From: an uncultured Acidobacteriota bacterium
GTDB taxonomy: Bacteria > Acidobacteriota > Terriglobia > Terriglobales > Acidobacteriaceae
NCBI GenBank assembly: GCA_963808795.1
Contig: CAWEGL010000001.1
Coordinates: 127,381-191,380, forward strand
DNA: 64,000 nt
Direction of reading: 5' to 3'
Below the pieces are notes generated by a model. It had not been told where the DNA came from, ran no database searches, and worked only from the letters and a program-made list of their open reading frames with translations. Of the stretch, positions 9,596-20,036 are shown in pieces; within the stretch, counting starts at the first letter, position 1; each line of letters opens with the position of its first letter. Made by a program: the position numbers and the translations under genes.

Positions 9596-10333
9596 TCACC
9601 CTGCTCTGGAAGCAGCCCCCACTACTTCCCTCGTCTCGGCGGCCGGCTCTTCGGAAGATCGATCGAGGTCTTTGAAACACAGAAACCCGTCGACGCAGCG
9701 GATCGAGGGATCTTTAGACTCTACTCGCTCTTTTGCCGCCCCGCACGAGCCAGGCGGCGGGACGATCACTTCCCCGCCGGGCTGCCAGTCGGCCGGAGTG
9801 GCCACGCCGTACTTGTCCGAGGTCTGCACCGCCACCAGGAGCCGCTTAATCTCCTGAAGGTTACGGCCGTTGCTTAGCGGGTAGTAAAGGATGGCTCTGA
9901 CTTTGCTCTCGGGATCGATGAGGAAAACAGCACGGACGGCCTGCGTGGTGCTGGCGGCAGGCTGCAACATGCCGTAGGCGCGCGCGACTTCCATCGTCAG
10001 GTCGGAAATGACCGGGAACATGACTTCAACCTGGCGGAAGTTGCGGAACTCAACCCTCTCGCGGATGGTGCGCAGCCACGCGATGTGGCTGAAGGTGCTG
10101 TCGATGGAGAGACCGAGAAGCTCGCAGTTCAGGCTGCGGAACTCCTCCTGCATGGATGCGAAGGTCATGAACTCGGTGGTGCAGACCGGGGTGAAGTCCG
10201 CGGGGTGACTGAAGAAGATTACCCACTTGCCCTTGTAATCGCCGGGGAATTTGATCTTTCCCTGCGTCGTATCTGCCTCAAATGATGGAGCATTCTCTCC
10301 GATCAATGGCAGATGATTCCCTGTTTCACACAT
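9596..10333 (-). CDS. Peroxiredoxin, Prx6 subfamily
   Basis: FFSHPADFTPVCTTE peroxidatic motif; GR ... ATPADW; extra C-terminal Cys residues. Confidence 0.93.
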   Translation of the reverse strand: MCETGNHLPLIGENAPSFEADTTQGKIKFPGDYKGKWVIFFSHPADFTPVCTTEFMTFASMQEEFRSLNCELLGLSIDSTFSHIAWLRTIRERVEFRNFRQVEVMFPVISDLTMEVARAYGMLQPAASTTQAVRAVFLIDPESKVRAILYYPLSNGRNLQEIKRLLVAVQTSDKYGVATPADWQPGGEVIVPPPGSCGAAKERVESKDPSIRCVDGFLCFKDLDRSSEEPAAETREVVGAASRAG

Positions 10334-10458
10334 AGTCGCCGCTCCTTTCCATTCTTACTGTCGGCTCAGGATGGCTGAGGGGACGCGTTGCGCACGAAAC
10401 TCGATCGACCGACGAATCCATCCGCACTTGTATCCAAGCGTGCAGCGAACCGCCCCGC

Positions 10459-10474
10459 CGTGATGGTGGTCACA
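10459..10474. promoter_or_regulatory. CRP-type box between the divergent prx and tolC genes
   Basis: CGTGA-TGGTGG-TCACA (9/10), with a further TCACA half-site at 10486-10490. Confidence 0.65.
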
Positions 10475-10602
10475 AGGGATGGCTGTCACAATGATTGACC
10501 GGCGACGCCAACTAGCCTCAAAAAATTCTTCGCTTCCTGTAACGAATCCACTCTGCGGTGACTTTCCTTCTACAGATGCAACCCAAAAGGACGGCCCTAA
10601 AG

Positions 10603-11958
10603 ATGAATTTGCTGAACAGTTGGGCTCGATGGCTCGTGCTCCTGTGCTGCATGGCAAGCCTCGGCGCCGCGGCACAAGAGCCGCTCACGCTTCGGCAGGC
10701 GATTCAGCAGGCGCTCGGCGCGAGCCCCGAAGCCAAGGTGGCGAGCGCGGAGACCCGGGAAGCGAACGCCAATGCGTCGCTTGCCCGCACGCAACTCTTT
10801 CCCCAGCTCAACTTTTCTGAGGACATCTCGCGTGGCGACGATCCGGTATATGTCTTCGGCTCGAGGCTGCGGCAACAGGCATTTACGCAGGCCGATTTTT
10901 CCCTGAATGCGTTGAACAGGCCCCAGCCCATTGGCGACTTTGCTTCGCGCTTCTCCGGTTCGTGGATGGCCTTCGATTCATTCAAAACAGAGAAGCAGAT
11001 CCAAGGCGCCGATTGGGCCAGGAGAAGCGCCGCGTCGTCCTCGAAAGCCGTGAACCAGCAGATCGTGCTGCATGTGGTTGGGGCATATCAGTCGGTGCTG
11101 TATGCGGACCGCGAAGTGGATGTGGCCGGGCACGAGGAGCAGACGGCCGAGGCGCTGCTTACGCAAGTGAATGGGCGCGTGAAGGCCGGCCTCGCGGTCG
11201 AGTCGGACCGCATGGCCGCCGAAGTGAATGTGGCCGCGCGCAAAGAGGATTCGATTGCGGCGCGCGGCGATCTGGAGCTTGCCTGGGCCGAGCTGGGCGA
11301 GGCGATGGGCGCGCCGGAGCTGCAGCCTTCACCGCTCGAGCCCATTGAGCCGCACACGTTTCCGCAGAGCTCATTGCAGGACGAGCTGGCGATGGCCGTG
11401 AAGACGCGCCCAGACCTTGCGGCGCTGAACGACGCACAGAAGGCACAGGCGGAATCGGTGGGCGCCGCGCGATCGGACTTTGGCCCGCGCATCGACGCCT
11501 ACGGCAACTGGGAGCAGGACCGCCCCACCTTTGCCGGCTCCGGGGGAAACAACTGGGTGGCCGGGGTCCAGATCAGCATCGACATTCTCCCTTTTGGCAA
11601 GCGCGACCAACTGGCGCGCGAGACCGCGGCCCGCGAGCGCCTTGACGCGCAGCAGACGCAAGCGCGCAACCAGATTCGTCTCGGCGTGAGCCGAGCGCAT
11701 ATCCAGCGTGAAACCGCCGAGCAGTCGCTGGAGACGGCGCGGGCGGCGATAGATCAGGCGGCGGAGAGTCTGCGCATCCTGAGGAACCGCTACAATGCGG
11801 GCCTTGCCACCATTACCGATTTGCTGCGTGCGGAAGATGCCGAACGCCAGAGCCAGACCAATTACTGGCACGCCGTCTACGGCAACGCCATGGCATACGC
11901 GCAACTGCTTTGCGCGGAAGGGACGCTGACTCCCGATGCGGCGGAGGAACTGCAATGA
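10603..11958 (+). CDS. TolC-family outer membrane efflux protein
   Basis: Signal peptide, duplicated OEP helices, RY.AGLAT..DLL.AE motif. Start may be 10576. Confidence 0.9.
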   Translation: MNLLNSWARWLVLLCCMASLGAAAQEPLTLRQAIQQALGASPEAKVASAETREANANASLARTQLFPQLNFSEDISRGDDPVYVFGSRLRQQAFTQADFSLNALNRPQPIGDFASRFSGSWMAFDSFKTEKQIQGADWARRSAASSSKAVNQQIVLHVVGAYQSVLYADREVDVAGHEEQTAEALLTQVNGRVKAGLAVESDRMAAEVNVAARKEDSIAARGDLELAWAELGEAMGAPELQPSPLEPIEPHTFPQSSLQDELAMAVKTRPDLAALNDAQKAQAESVGAARSDFGPRIDAYGNWEQDRPTFAGSGGNNWVAGVQISIDILPFGKRDQLARETAARERLDAQQTQARNQIRLGVSRAHIQRETAEQSLETARAAIDQAAESLRILRNRYNAGLATITDLLRAEDAERQSQTNYWHAVYGNAMAYAQLLCAEGTLTPDAAEELQ

Positions 11959-13064
11959 AGATGCTTTTGCCGGGTTGTTTGCTTGCCGCGTCCGCGGCGT
12001 TGATTGCCGGATGCCACGGTAACGAAACGGCCCCGCCGGCGGCCGTTGAAACCGTGCCCGCCCATGTCGTCCAGAGCAGCCAACAGCAGGTGCCCATCGA
12101 CCTGCGCGCCACCGGAACGATCCATGCGCGGGAGACGGCGACCATCTCCGCGCAGGTCATGGGCCGCATCGAGCAGGTGCTGGTGCGCGAAGGAGACACG
12201 GTGCGCGCCGGGCAAACGCTGGTTGTACTCGATGGCGCGGCGCTCAGCGCCTCCGCCGCACAGGCGCAGGCTGCCGCTGTCGCCGCACAAAATGAGCAGG
12301 CGGCGGCCGAAAGCAACGCCGGCCTCGCGGCCAGCACGCTTGCGCGCTACAAGCAACTCCAGGCCGAAAAGAGCGTGAGCCCCCAGGAAATGGACGAGGT
12401 GACGCGGCGCGCCCAAGCTGCCGAGGCCCAGCTTGAAGCGGCGAAAGCGCAGGTTCAAGCGGCGCGCGAGCAGGCCAGCGGCGCGCGCACCATGCTCGGC
12501 TACACGCAGCTTTTGGCGCCGTATGCCGGCATCGTCACGGACCGCATGGCCGATCCTGGGACCATGGCCGCGCCGGGCGTGCCGCTGCTGCAAGTGGACC
12601 GCGCGGGCGCGCTGCAATTGCAGGTCAACGTGGACGAGTCGGCCATCGCCGCCGTGCGCATGGGCATGAAGATGCCCGTCTCCGTGGATGGCGTCTTGCA
12701 GCCGCTTCAAGGCGCCGTCGCCGAGATCGTGCCCGCCGCCGATCCTTCCAGCCACAGCTTCCTTGTCAAAATCGATCTGCCTTCGTCGAGTCAACTGCGC
12801 GCCGGCATGTACGGCTCGGCGGATTTCCCCCACGGCATGCACGAGGCCATTCTCGTTCCGCAATCGGCCGTGGTCCTGCGCGGCGCGCTGGAGTGCGCTT
12901 ATGTGCTCGACAGCCAGGGAATCGCGCAGCTTCGCTACCTAACGCTGGGCGCAACCCACGGCGATCTGGTCGAAGTTCTCTCCGGCATTGCGGGCGGCGA
13001 ACGCCTCGTCGATACGCCCCAAGACCGCGATCTCGCCGGCAAGCGCATCGAGGTTCAGCCATGA
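11955..13064 (+). CDS. RND membrane fusion protein (lipoprotein)
   Basis: Lipobox LIAGC, hairpin and barrel motifs APYAGIV, DPSSHSFLVK; ATGA overlap with tolC. Confidence 0.9.
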   Translation: MKMLLPGCLLAASAALIAGCHGNETAPPAAVETVPAHVVQSSQQQVPIDLRATGTIHARETATISAQVMGRIEQVLVREGDTVRAGQTLVVLDGAALSASAAQAQAAAVAAQNEQAAAESNAGLAASTLARYKQLQAEKSVSPQEMDEVTRRAQAAEAQLEAAKAQVQAAREQASGARTMLGYTQLLAPYAGIVTDRMADPGTMAAPGVPLLQVDRAGALQLQVNVDESAIAAVRMGMKMPVSVDGVLQPLQGAVAEIVPAADPSSHSFLVKIDLPSSSQLRAGMYGSADFPHGMHEAILVPQSAVVLRGALECAYVLDSQGIAQLRYLTLGATHGDLVEVLSGIAGGERLVDTPQDRDLAGKRIEVQP

Positions 13065-16000
13065 ATCAAAACCTGGGACTGGCGGGAAGGGTAGCCAAGG
13101 CATTCCTCAACTCGAAGCTGACGCCGCTGTTCATCGTCACGGCGCTGGCGATCGGGATCTTCGCCACTGTGGTCATTCCGCGCGAAGAAGATCCGCAGAT
13201 TCTCGTTCCCATGCTCGACATCGCCACGGCTCTGGCGGGCGCATCGCCGGCGGAGGTTGAGAAGCGCGTCACCGAGCCCATCGAGATGCTGGTGCATCAG
13301 CTTTCGGGCGTCAAATACATCTATTCGACCTCGAGCCCCGGCCAGAGCCTGGTCATCGTGCGCTTCCTGGTCGGCACGCCGCAGGAAGAGGCGCTGATCA
13401 AGGTTTACAGCAAGCTTTATTCGAACTTCGACGTTCTGCCGCCCGGCGCATCGCAGCCCATCATCAAGGCGCGGTCCATTGACGACGTGCCTATTCTGAC
13501 GTTCTCGCTCTGGGGAGCGAATTACAACGGCTATCAGCTTCGCGCCATCGCCGACGAGATTCAGCATCACATCGAGCAGATTCCGAATGTGTCTGAGACC
13601 CACGTGGCCGGCGGGCTGCCGCGCACCATGCGCGTGGTGCTGAGCACGGCGAAGCTCAACGCGTACGGCCTCTCGCCGATGACCATCGTGGGACGCTTGC
13701 AGGCTGCGAACGCCAGGCTGCAGACGGGCAGCTTTGCCGAAAACAATCAGGAAATTGACGTAGACGCCGGCAATCTGTTCACCAGCACCAAGGATCTGGA
13801 ATCGGTTGTCGTGGCGGTCGATCAAGGCCGGCCCGTTTACCTGAGCGATGTTGCGGACAAGATCGTGGACGGGCCCGCAGAGCCTGCCAGCTACGTGCTC
13901 TTCGGCACCACAACCACGGGCTCGCGTCAGGCGCCCACGCAGTACCAGTCCGTGACGGTCAGCGTAGCCAAGCTCAAGGGCACCAACGCTACAAACATCG
14001 CCGACGCCGTGATGGCCAGTGTGCAACGGATGCGTGGCGACGCGATACCCACGGACGTACACATCACCGTCACGCGTAACTACGGCCAGACGGCGAAGGA
14101 CAAATCCAACGAGCTGCTCGAACACCTGCTGCTGGCCACGCTCTCGGTCACGTTCCTCATCGCGCTGTTCCTGGGCTGGCGCGAATCGGGCGTGGTGCTG
14201 CTGGCCATCCCTGTCACGCTGGCGCTCACCATGGCGGTCTTTTACTTCCTCGGCTACACCATCAACCGCGTCACGCTCTTCGCGCTGATTTTTTCCATCG
14301 GTATTTTGGTGGACGACGCCATTGTTGTCGTCGAAAACATCGTGCGCCACTATCGATTGCCGGAGAACCAGCACCGCTCCTGCAGCGATGTGACCATCGA
14401 AGCCGTCGCCGAGGTCGGCAACCCGACGATTCTGGCTACCTTCACGGTGCTGGCGGCGGTGCTGCCAATGGCCTTTGTGCGCGGGCTGATGGGCCCGTAC
14501 ATGCGGCCCATCCCCGTCGGTTCGTCCGCCGCCATGCTGTTTTCGCTGATGGTGGCCTTTGTGGTGTCGCCTTGGGCCGCAATGCGGCTGCTGGGCCGCC
14601 ATCTGGGCGGAGCGCACCTGCTCGAGCCGGAGAGCGAGAATTGGCGCACGCGGCTCTACCGGCGCGTGATGACGCCGCTCATCGCCTCAGCGCGCAATCG
14701 CATCCTCTTTTTCATCGCCGTGGCCGCATTGCTGCTCGCATCCGTGGCGCTCGTGCCGCTCGAACTGGTCCGCGTCAAGATGCTGCCCTTCGACAACAAG
14801 AGCGAGCTCCAGGTCGTCGTCAACATGCCCGAAGGCACGCCCCTGGAACAGACGCTCCATGTCACGCAGGCGCTGGGCAATGAGCTCGCCACGCAGCCCG
14901 ACGTTCTGAATTATCAGGTCTACGCGGGGACCTCGGCGCCCTACAATTTCAATGGCCTGGTGCGCCACTACTACATGCGCCGCGAGCCCAATGAGGCCGA
15001 TATCCAGGTGAATCTGGTGCCGCCCAACGAGCGCCATCTGCAGAGCCACGCCATCGCCAAGCGCCTGCGGCCGCTGCTTGACGCCGTCGCCGGCCGCTAC
15101 GGCGTGCGCAGCATTCAGGTGACCGAAGTGCCGCCCGGGCCGCCTGTGTTGCAGACGCTGGTGGCGGAGGTGTATGGACCCAACCTGCAAGGCCAGATCC
15201 GCGTGGCCGATCGGATCAAGTCGATCTTCGAGCACACGCCGGGCGTGGTGGACACCGACTGGTATGTCGACGATCCGCAGCCGCGGCTGGTGATTCGCGT
15301 CGACCAGGTCAAGGCTGCACAGAATGGCATCGCCGTGAGCGAAGTGGCGCATGCGCTTGCGCTTGCCACTTCAGGCATGGACGTGGGGTTGCTGCACGAT
15401 CCCAATGCGCGCGAGCCGATACCGCTGGTGGTCGAAATCGACCGGGCGGACCGCTCCTCCGAACAGGGTCTCGAAAACATCAAGCTGCCCGGCGCGGGCG
15501 GGACGATGGTCTCCCTGCGCGAGCTGGTCACCATCGACCGCACCATCATCCCGCAGAGCATCTACCACAAGAACCTGAAGCGCGTGGTCTATGTCACGGG
15601 CGATGTGGCCGGCGCAGAGGAGAGCCCCGTCTACGCGATCCTGAAGATGAACCAGCAGCTCGACCACCTGCGCCTGCCTGCCGGCTACATCCTCCAGCGC
15701 TACAACGCCGAGCAGCCGCAGTACACCAACCACTACTCGATGAAGTGGGACGGCGAATGGCAAATCACCATCGAAGTTTTCCGCGACCTGGGGATCGCCT
15801 TTGCCGCCGTCCTCGTGCTCATTTACATCCTCGTGGTCGGATGGTTCCGCTCCTTCGTGGTGCCGCTGATCATCATGGCGCCGATTCCGCTGACGCTGGT
15901 GGGCATTCTGCCCGCGCACGCGATGCTGGGCGCGTTCTTCACCGCGACTTCGATGATCGGCTTCATCGCCGGCGCCGGCATCATCGTGCGCAACTCCATC

Positions 16001-16300
16001 CTCATCGTTGACTTCATCGAGCTGCGCTGGCGGCAGGGAGTTCCGCTCGCCGAAGCCGTCATCGACGGAGGCGCCATTCGTTTCCGGCCCATGCTGCTGA
16101 CGGCGGCGGCGGTCGTGGTCGGCGCCAGCGTGATTCTCACCGATCCCATCTTCCAGGGACTTGCTATTTCGCTGATGGCGGGGGCCGTGGCTTCGACCTT
16201 CCTGTCGTGGCCCATGATTCCCATTCTCTACTACATGGTTCACCAGCATCGCAAACCCGAAATCGTCTGTGAACCCACACCCGAACCCGCAATCAAATGA
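13061..16300 (+). CDS. RND efflux permease (AcrB/CusA superfamily)
   Basis: About 1080 aa; GILVDDAIVVVENI and RFRPMLLT motifs. Confidence 0.93.
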   Translation: MNQNLGLAGRVAKAFLNSKLTPLFIVTALAIGIFATVVIPREEDPQILVPMLDIATALAGASPAEVEKRVTEPIEMLVHQLSGVKYIYSTSSPGQSLVIVRFLVGTPQEEALIKVYSKLYSNFDVLPPGASQPIIKARSIDDVPILTFSLWGANYNGYQLRAIADEIQHHIEQIPNVSETHVAGGLPRTMRVVLSTAKLNAYGLSPMTIVGRLQAANARLQTGSFAENNQEIDVDAGNLFTSTKDLESVVVAVDQGRPVYLSDVADKIVDGPAEPASYVLFGTTTTGSRQAPTQYQSVTVSVAKLKGTNATNIADAVMASVQRMRGDAIPTDVHITVTRNYGQTAKDKSNELLEHLLLATLSVTFLIALFLGWRESGVVLLAIPVTLALTMAVFYFLGYTINRVTLFALIFSIGILVDDAIVVVENIVRHYRLPENQHRSCSDVTIEAVAEVGNPTILATFTVLAAVLPMAFVRGLMGPYMRPIPVGSSAAMLFSLMVAFVVSPWAAMRLLGRHLGGAHLLEPESENWRTRLYRRVMTPLIASARNRILFFIAVAALLLASVALVPLELVRVKMLPFDNKSELQVVVNMPEGTPLEQTLHVTQALGNELATQPDVLNYQVYAGTSAPYNFNGLVRHYYMRREPNEADIQVNLVPPNERHLQSHAIAKRLRPLLDAVAGRYGVRSIQVTEVPPGPPVLQTLVAEVYGPNLQGQIRVADRIKSIFEHTPGVVDTDWYVDDPQPRLVIRVDQVKAAQNGIAVSEVAHALALATSGMDVGLLHDPNAREPIPLVVEIDRADRSSEQGLENIKLPGAGGTMVSLRELVTIDRTIIPQSIYHKNLKRVVYVTGDVAGAEESPVYAILKMNQQLDHLRLPAGYILQRYNAEQPQYTNHYSMKWDGEWQITIEVFRDLGIAFAAVLVLIYILVVGWFRSFVVPLIIMAPIPLTLVGILPAHAMLGAFFTATSMIGFIAGAGIIVRNSILIVDFIELRWRQGVPLAEAVIDGGAIRFRPMLLTAAAVVVGASVILTDPIFQGLAISLMAGAVASTFLSWPMIPILYYMVHQHRKPEIVCEPTPEPAIK

Positions 16301-16312
16301 AGGAGAATTCCA

Positions 16313-16519
16313 ATGACCGTTGAACGTGGACTACGCCTGATGGCCGGGGCGATCGTGCTGCTCTCTCTCGGCCTCGCTTACACCGTCTCCCCTTACTGGC
16401 TGTGGCTGGCAGCTTTCGTGGGCCTGAACCTGCTGCAATCGGCCTTCACCAACTGGTGTCCGGCGGTAGTCGTCCTGCGCGCCGCGGGGCTCAGAGACGC
16501 GAGTTCCGCATCGAAGTGA
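16313..16519 (+). CDS. DUF2892/YgaP-like small membrane protein
   Basis: VER.LRLMAG, GLNLLQSAFTNWCP. Confidence 0.9.
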   Translation: MTVERGLRLMAGAIVLLSLGLAYTVSPYWLWLAAFVGLNLLQSAFTNWCPAVVVLRAAGLRDASSASK

Positions 16520-16522
16520 GCC

Positions 16523-17113
16523 ATGCACGAAAGACGATTTGACGCGGCTCTGGCTCACCGTCTCGATCTGCCGGATCGAATCGCCTGGCTGCCGCCGGAT
16601 GATGTAATTCACGCTTTCGGTGTGCAACCCGGCGATACCGTAGTCGATCTGGGCGCAGGCACCGGGTATTTCTCCTTGCCGCTCGCGCTTGCCGTCGGCA
16701 GTCGCGGCCATGTAATTGCGGTCGACGCGCAAAGCGAGATGCTCGAGCACCTGCGAAAGAAGACCATCTCCTTCCCGGTGCCGAACATCGAGTTGATCCA
16801 CGCGGAAGGAGATGCCACCACTCTCCGAGGCGCATCCTGCGACCTCGTCTTCATGGCCAATGTGTGGCACGAGCTGCCCGATCGCGGCGCGGCTCTCGGA
16901 GAGGCAAAACGCATTCTCAAGACTCCGGGCCGCATCGCGATTCTCGATTGGAGACCCGACGTAGAGCCGGACCATGGCCCGCCCCTGACGCACCGGCTGA
17001 GCGCACAGAGCGCGGCGGCGGAATTGATCGTTGCGGGATTCGAATCGATCTCCAGGAGAGACATCGGCAAGTACTCCTGGCTGGTTCAAGCGGCCGTGGG
17101 CATCGGAAGATGA
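16523..17113 (+). CDS. Class I SAM-dependent methyltransferase
   Basis: VVDLGAGTG motif I; LKTPGRIAILDW. Confidence 0.88.
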   Translation: MHERRFDAALAHRLDLPDRIAWLPPDDVIHAFGVQPGDTVVDLGAGTGYFSLPLALAVGSRGHVIAVDAQSEMLEHLRKKTISFPVPNIELIHAEGDATTLRGASCDLVFMANVWHELPDRGAALGEAKRILKTPGRIAILDWRPDVEPDHGPPLTHRLSAQSAAAELIVAGFESISRRDIGKYSWLVQAAVGIGR

Positions 17114-17421
17114 AACGAGCTGTCACCATGACGAGGCGGAAGACCGATCCTGGATCGAGGCGGATCCATCGATTGATGGATGAGGTCTACCGCGAGATGT
17201 TTCAGCTGGAGGCGCGGCGTCCCGGAGCAGAGATGGGACTGGCGCTGGCCCTGTTGCGTGCGCGGGTTCGAGCGGATCTTCCATCGGAGAGGCGCAAGGA
17301 TTGGGACTGGCTGAAAGCCGTGTACCCGATCTGCCTCAAGATGATAGAGGATTCGCTTCGTCAGCTGAGCACGGTTGCTCCCTTGCCGCAGGACTCATGC
17401 GATTCCGCCCACAAATCCTGA
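17110..17421 (+). CDS. Hypothetical protein
   Basis: ATGA-coupled to the methyltransferase; helical sequence; no family recognised. Confidence 0.5.
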   Translation: MKRAVTMTRRKTDPGSRRIHRLMDEVYREMFQLEARRPGAEMGLALALLRARVRADLPSERRKDWDWLKAVYPICLKMIEDSLRQLSTVAPLPQDSCDSAHKS

Positions 17422-17482
17422 CGGCGCGCCATTCTTCGCATTCACGCGCTGGCGAATATACTGGTCACATAGCGTCTTCGCC

Positions 17483-18400
17483 ATGCGACCTGAGCTGATC
17501 CAAGCCTCAAATTTACTGCGCAGCAACACGCCCGAGGCCATCGCGGAGGCAATCGGGTTACTGCAGAACACGGTCTACTCTTTCAGCATGAAGATGTGCG
17601 GCCACCGTGAGGATGCCGAAGACACATCGCAGGAAGTGCTCTTCCGCTCCCTCAAGCATCTGCCCAAGCTTCAGGATCCTTCGGCCCTTGCGGCATGGCT
17701 TTATACCGTGACTCGAAATCGCTGCCGCCGCCTGCGCAGCACTGCCGACGAGTTACCGGCGCGCGGACTGTCGCTCGACGAACTGATGCCCGATGAAGCC
17801 GAGCTCAAGCGGCTCCTGCTCGACCCGGCCAAATCGCCTGAGAGCAGACTCCTGCACGCGGAGGAGCGCCATCTCCTGCACCAGGCCGCTCTGCGGATCC
17901 CGACCTCCCTGCGCCTCGTACTCGTTCTCCACGATATGGAGGAACTCGATACGGGCCAGGTGGCGCAGATTCTCAATCTTCAGGGAGGCACCGTGCGGGT
18001 CCGGCTGCACAGGGCGCGTCTCGCTTTGCGAAGGGAAATGGCCCGCATACTCAAGGGTGAGCTGACGGATACGTCTACCCCTTCAACGAAAGCTCCACTC
18101 AATAAAGTCCGTCAGGGCAAGCAAGGGCCAAAAGAATGTCGTGCGCTCTTCGCCAGCCTGTCTGAGTATCTGGATGGAAGAGTGGATACTGAAACCTGTG
18201 ACAAGATCAGCGCTCATATCGAGCAGTGCCCGGCCTGCGTGACGTTTCTGCGTGACTTGCGCGCCGCCATCGATCGTTGCCGCTCAATGGAAACTCCATG
18301 CGACCCTGCCGTTTCATCGCGCCTTCAGGCCATGCTTACCGAGGAATATCTCCGCATGTTGGGAAACGCCGCTCCCGCGCCAGCCGTAGCGCTTCTATAG
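17483..18400 (+). CDS. ECF sigma factor with a fused C-terminal ZAS (zf-HC) domain
   Basis: Region 2 DAEDTSQEV/AWLYTV; region 4 TVRVRLHRAR; C-terminal C..LFASLSEYLDG...H.EQCPAC. Confidence 0.88.
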   Translation: MRPELIQASNLLRSNTPEAIAEAIGLLQNTVYSFSMKMCGHREDAEDTSQEVLFRSLKHLPKLQDPSALAAWLYTVTRNRCRRLRSTADELPARGLSLDELMPDEAELKRLLLDPAKSPESRLLHAEERHLLHQAALRIPTSLRLVLVLHDMEELDTGQVAQILNLQGGTVRVRLHRARLALRREMARILKGELTDTSTPSTKAPLNKVRQGKQGPKECRALFASLSEYLDGRVDTETCDKISAHIEQCPACVTFLRDLRAAIDRCRSMETPCDPAVSSRLQAMLTEEYLRMLGNAAPAPAVALL

Positions 18401-18411
18401 CCTCTCCCTCT

Positions 18412-18456
18412 GGGCCGATCGCGTTCGTTAGGTCCGCCTCGAACGCAAAACGGCCC
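18412..18456. terminator. Hairpin between convergent genes
   Basis: gggccg/cggccc and gcgttcg/cgaacgc stems; weak U-tract. Confidence 0.5.
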
Positions 18457-18461
18457 ATTGG

Positions 18462-20036
18462 CTAAGACAGCTTTCGCGGGTCGATACCCAGCTTCTTCAT
18501 GCGCGTAATCAGGGTAGTGCGTTTTAGGCCCATGCGTGCGGCAGCGCCGTCGGCGCCGCCGACTCGTCCCTTGGTCTCTTTCAGGATGCGCACGATCCTG
18601 TCCCGCTCTTCGGACCTGCCGACTCTTGCGGGTGCAGCCTGCGCACCTCCATCGGCTAATTCCGGCACCGAGATCTCCAGTGTCTCCCCTCGCGAGAGAA
18701 CCACCGCGCGCTCGACCAGGTTCTCCAGCTCGCGAACGTTTCCCGGCCAATGCCAGCGCGCCAGCTTGCGCAGGGACGCAGCGGGAACACTTTCGATCTT
18801 CTTTTGCATAGGACGGGCATACTTCTGTGCAAAATACCGCACCAGCAATGGAATGTCTTCGGGGCGCTCGCGCAAGGGTGGAATGCGGATAGGAATCACA
18901 TTCAAGCGGTAGTAGAGGTCGCTTCGAAATTGTTTCTCTTCAACCATTTTTTGCAGGTCGCGATTGGTCGCGGCCACCAAACGAACATCGACCTTCTTCG
19001 TTCGTGTGCTGCCCAGGGGTTCGAATTCCCGTTCCTGCAAAGCGCGCATGAGTTTGGGCTGGACTTCCAGGGGTATGTCCCCCACCTCGTCCAGAAAAAG
19101 CGTGCCCCGATCCGCCAGTTCAAGCCGTCCGAACTTCTGTGCGACCGCTCCGGTGAAAGCGCCTCGCTCATGGCCGAACAATTCGCTCTCCAGCAAGCCT
19201 GCGGGAATCGCCGCGCAGTTGAGTTTAATCAAGGTCCGATCCTTGCGCCGGCTGCGATCGTGAATGGCGCGAGCGATCAGTTCCTTTCCGGTGCCTGTCT
19301 CTCCGAGCAGCAATACGGTTGAATCGCTTGCCGCCACGGTTTCGACCATCTGAAGCACTTGCCGGAGCGCCGAACTCTGCCCGACAATTCCTTCAAAGTC
19401 AGCCTCGCTGCGAATCTCTTCTTCGAGATAGAGTTTTTCCCGCGCGAGTTTGTCCTTCAGCTCTGCGATTTCGCGATAGGCCAGGGCATTCTCGATGGCG
19501 ATCGCTACTTGTCCTGCCGCTCGCATCAGGAACTCAACGTCCTCTGAGCTGGATGCGTTCTCGGCCCGCCAGCCAAGGCCCAAAACTCCAAGCGTCCGGT
19601 TGCGGCTTATCAGGGGCAGACAGCAGCCAGACGCGAGGCCCTCCGCGACGGCAAGGAGATGTTCGGGCTCACTCATCTCAGCGGCCTTGGTGGATACAAC
19701 GGGCCTGCCGGTCCTGAAAGCCTTGCCGACACCGGACCCTTCGACCCGCTGCAGCAAATCCTCCCTTGCGAATCCCTTGCCCTCCGGGAAGTCCATCGTC
19801 ACAGAGCGCAACTGGCGCTGCTCCGCATCCGGCAACCACACCGAAACGAGGTCGCTATGCATGCATTGCCGGATGCTCTCGGAAATCGCGCGAAGAAGAT
19901 CGCGAGGCTCGAGATTTGAAACCAGCGCATTGGTCAGCTCCAGGAGAAGCTGGAGCCGCTCGCTCTCGCGCTCGAAATCGCTCCCGGAAGGCGCGAACTT
20001 CTGGGATGCTTCACCAGACGGCAGCTTTGAGCCCAT
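18462..20036 (-). CDS. GAF-containing sigma54 enhancer-binding protein (FhlA-like)
   Basis: [29 protein letters not shown], Fis-type HTH; single GAF domain. Confidence 0.92.
   Translation of the reverse strand: MGSKLPSGEASQKFAPSGSDFERESERLQLLLELTNALVSNLEPRDLLRAISESIRQCMHSDLVSVWLPDAEQRQLRSVTMDFPEGKGFAREDLLQRVEGSGVGKAFRTGRPVVSTKAAEMSEPEHLLAVAEGLASGCCLPLISRNRTLGVLGLGWRAENASSSEDVEFLMRAAGQVAIAIENALAYREIAELKDKLAREKLYLEEEIRSEADFEGIVGQSSALRQVLQMVETVAASDSTVLLLGETGTGKELIARAIHDRSRRKDRTLIKLNCAAIPAGLLESELFGHERGAFTGAVAQKFGRLELADRGTLFLDEVGDIPLEVQPKLMRALQEREFEPLGSTRTKKVDVRLVAATNRDLQKMVEEKQFRSDLYYRLNVIPIRIPPLRERPEDIPLLVRYFAQKYARPMQKKIESVPAASLRKLARWHWPGNVRELENLVERAVVLSRGETLEISVPELADGGAQAAPARVGRSEERDRIVRILKETKGRVGGADGAAARMGLKRTTLITRMKKLGIDPRKLS

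Noticed and set aside
11877-16249. Long antisense ORFs (11877..12863, 13055..14617, 15371..16249)
   Set aside because: These are shadows of GC-rich coding genes on the other strand, with no motifs.
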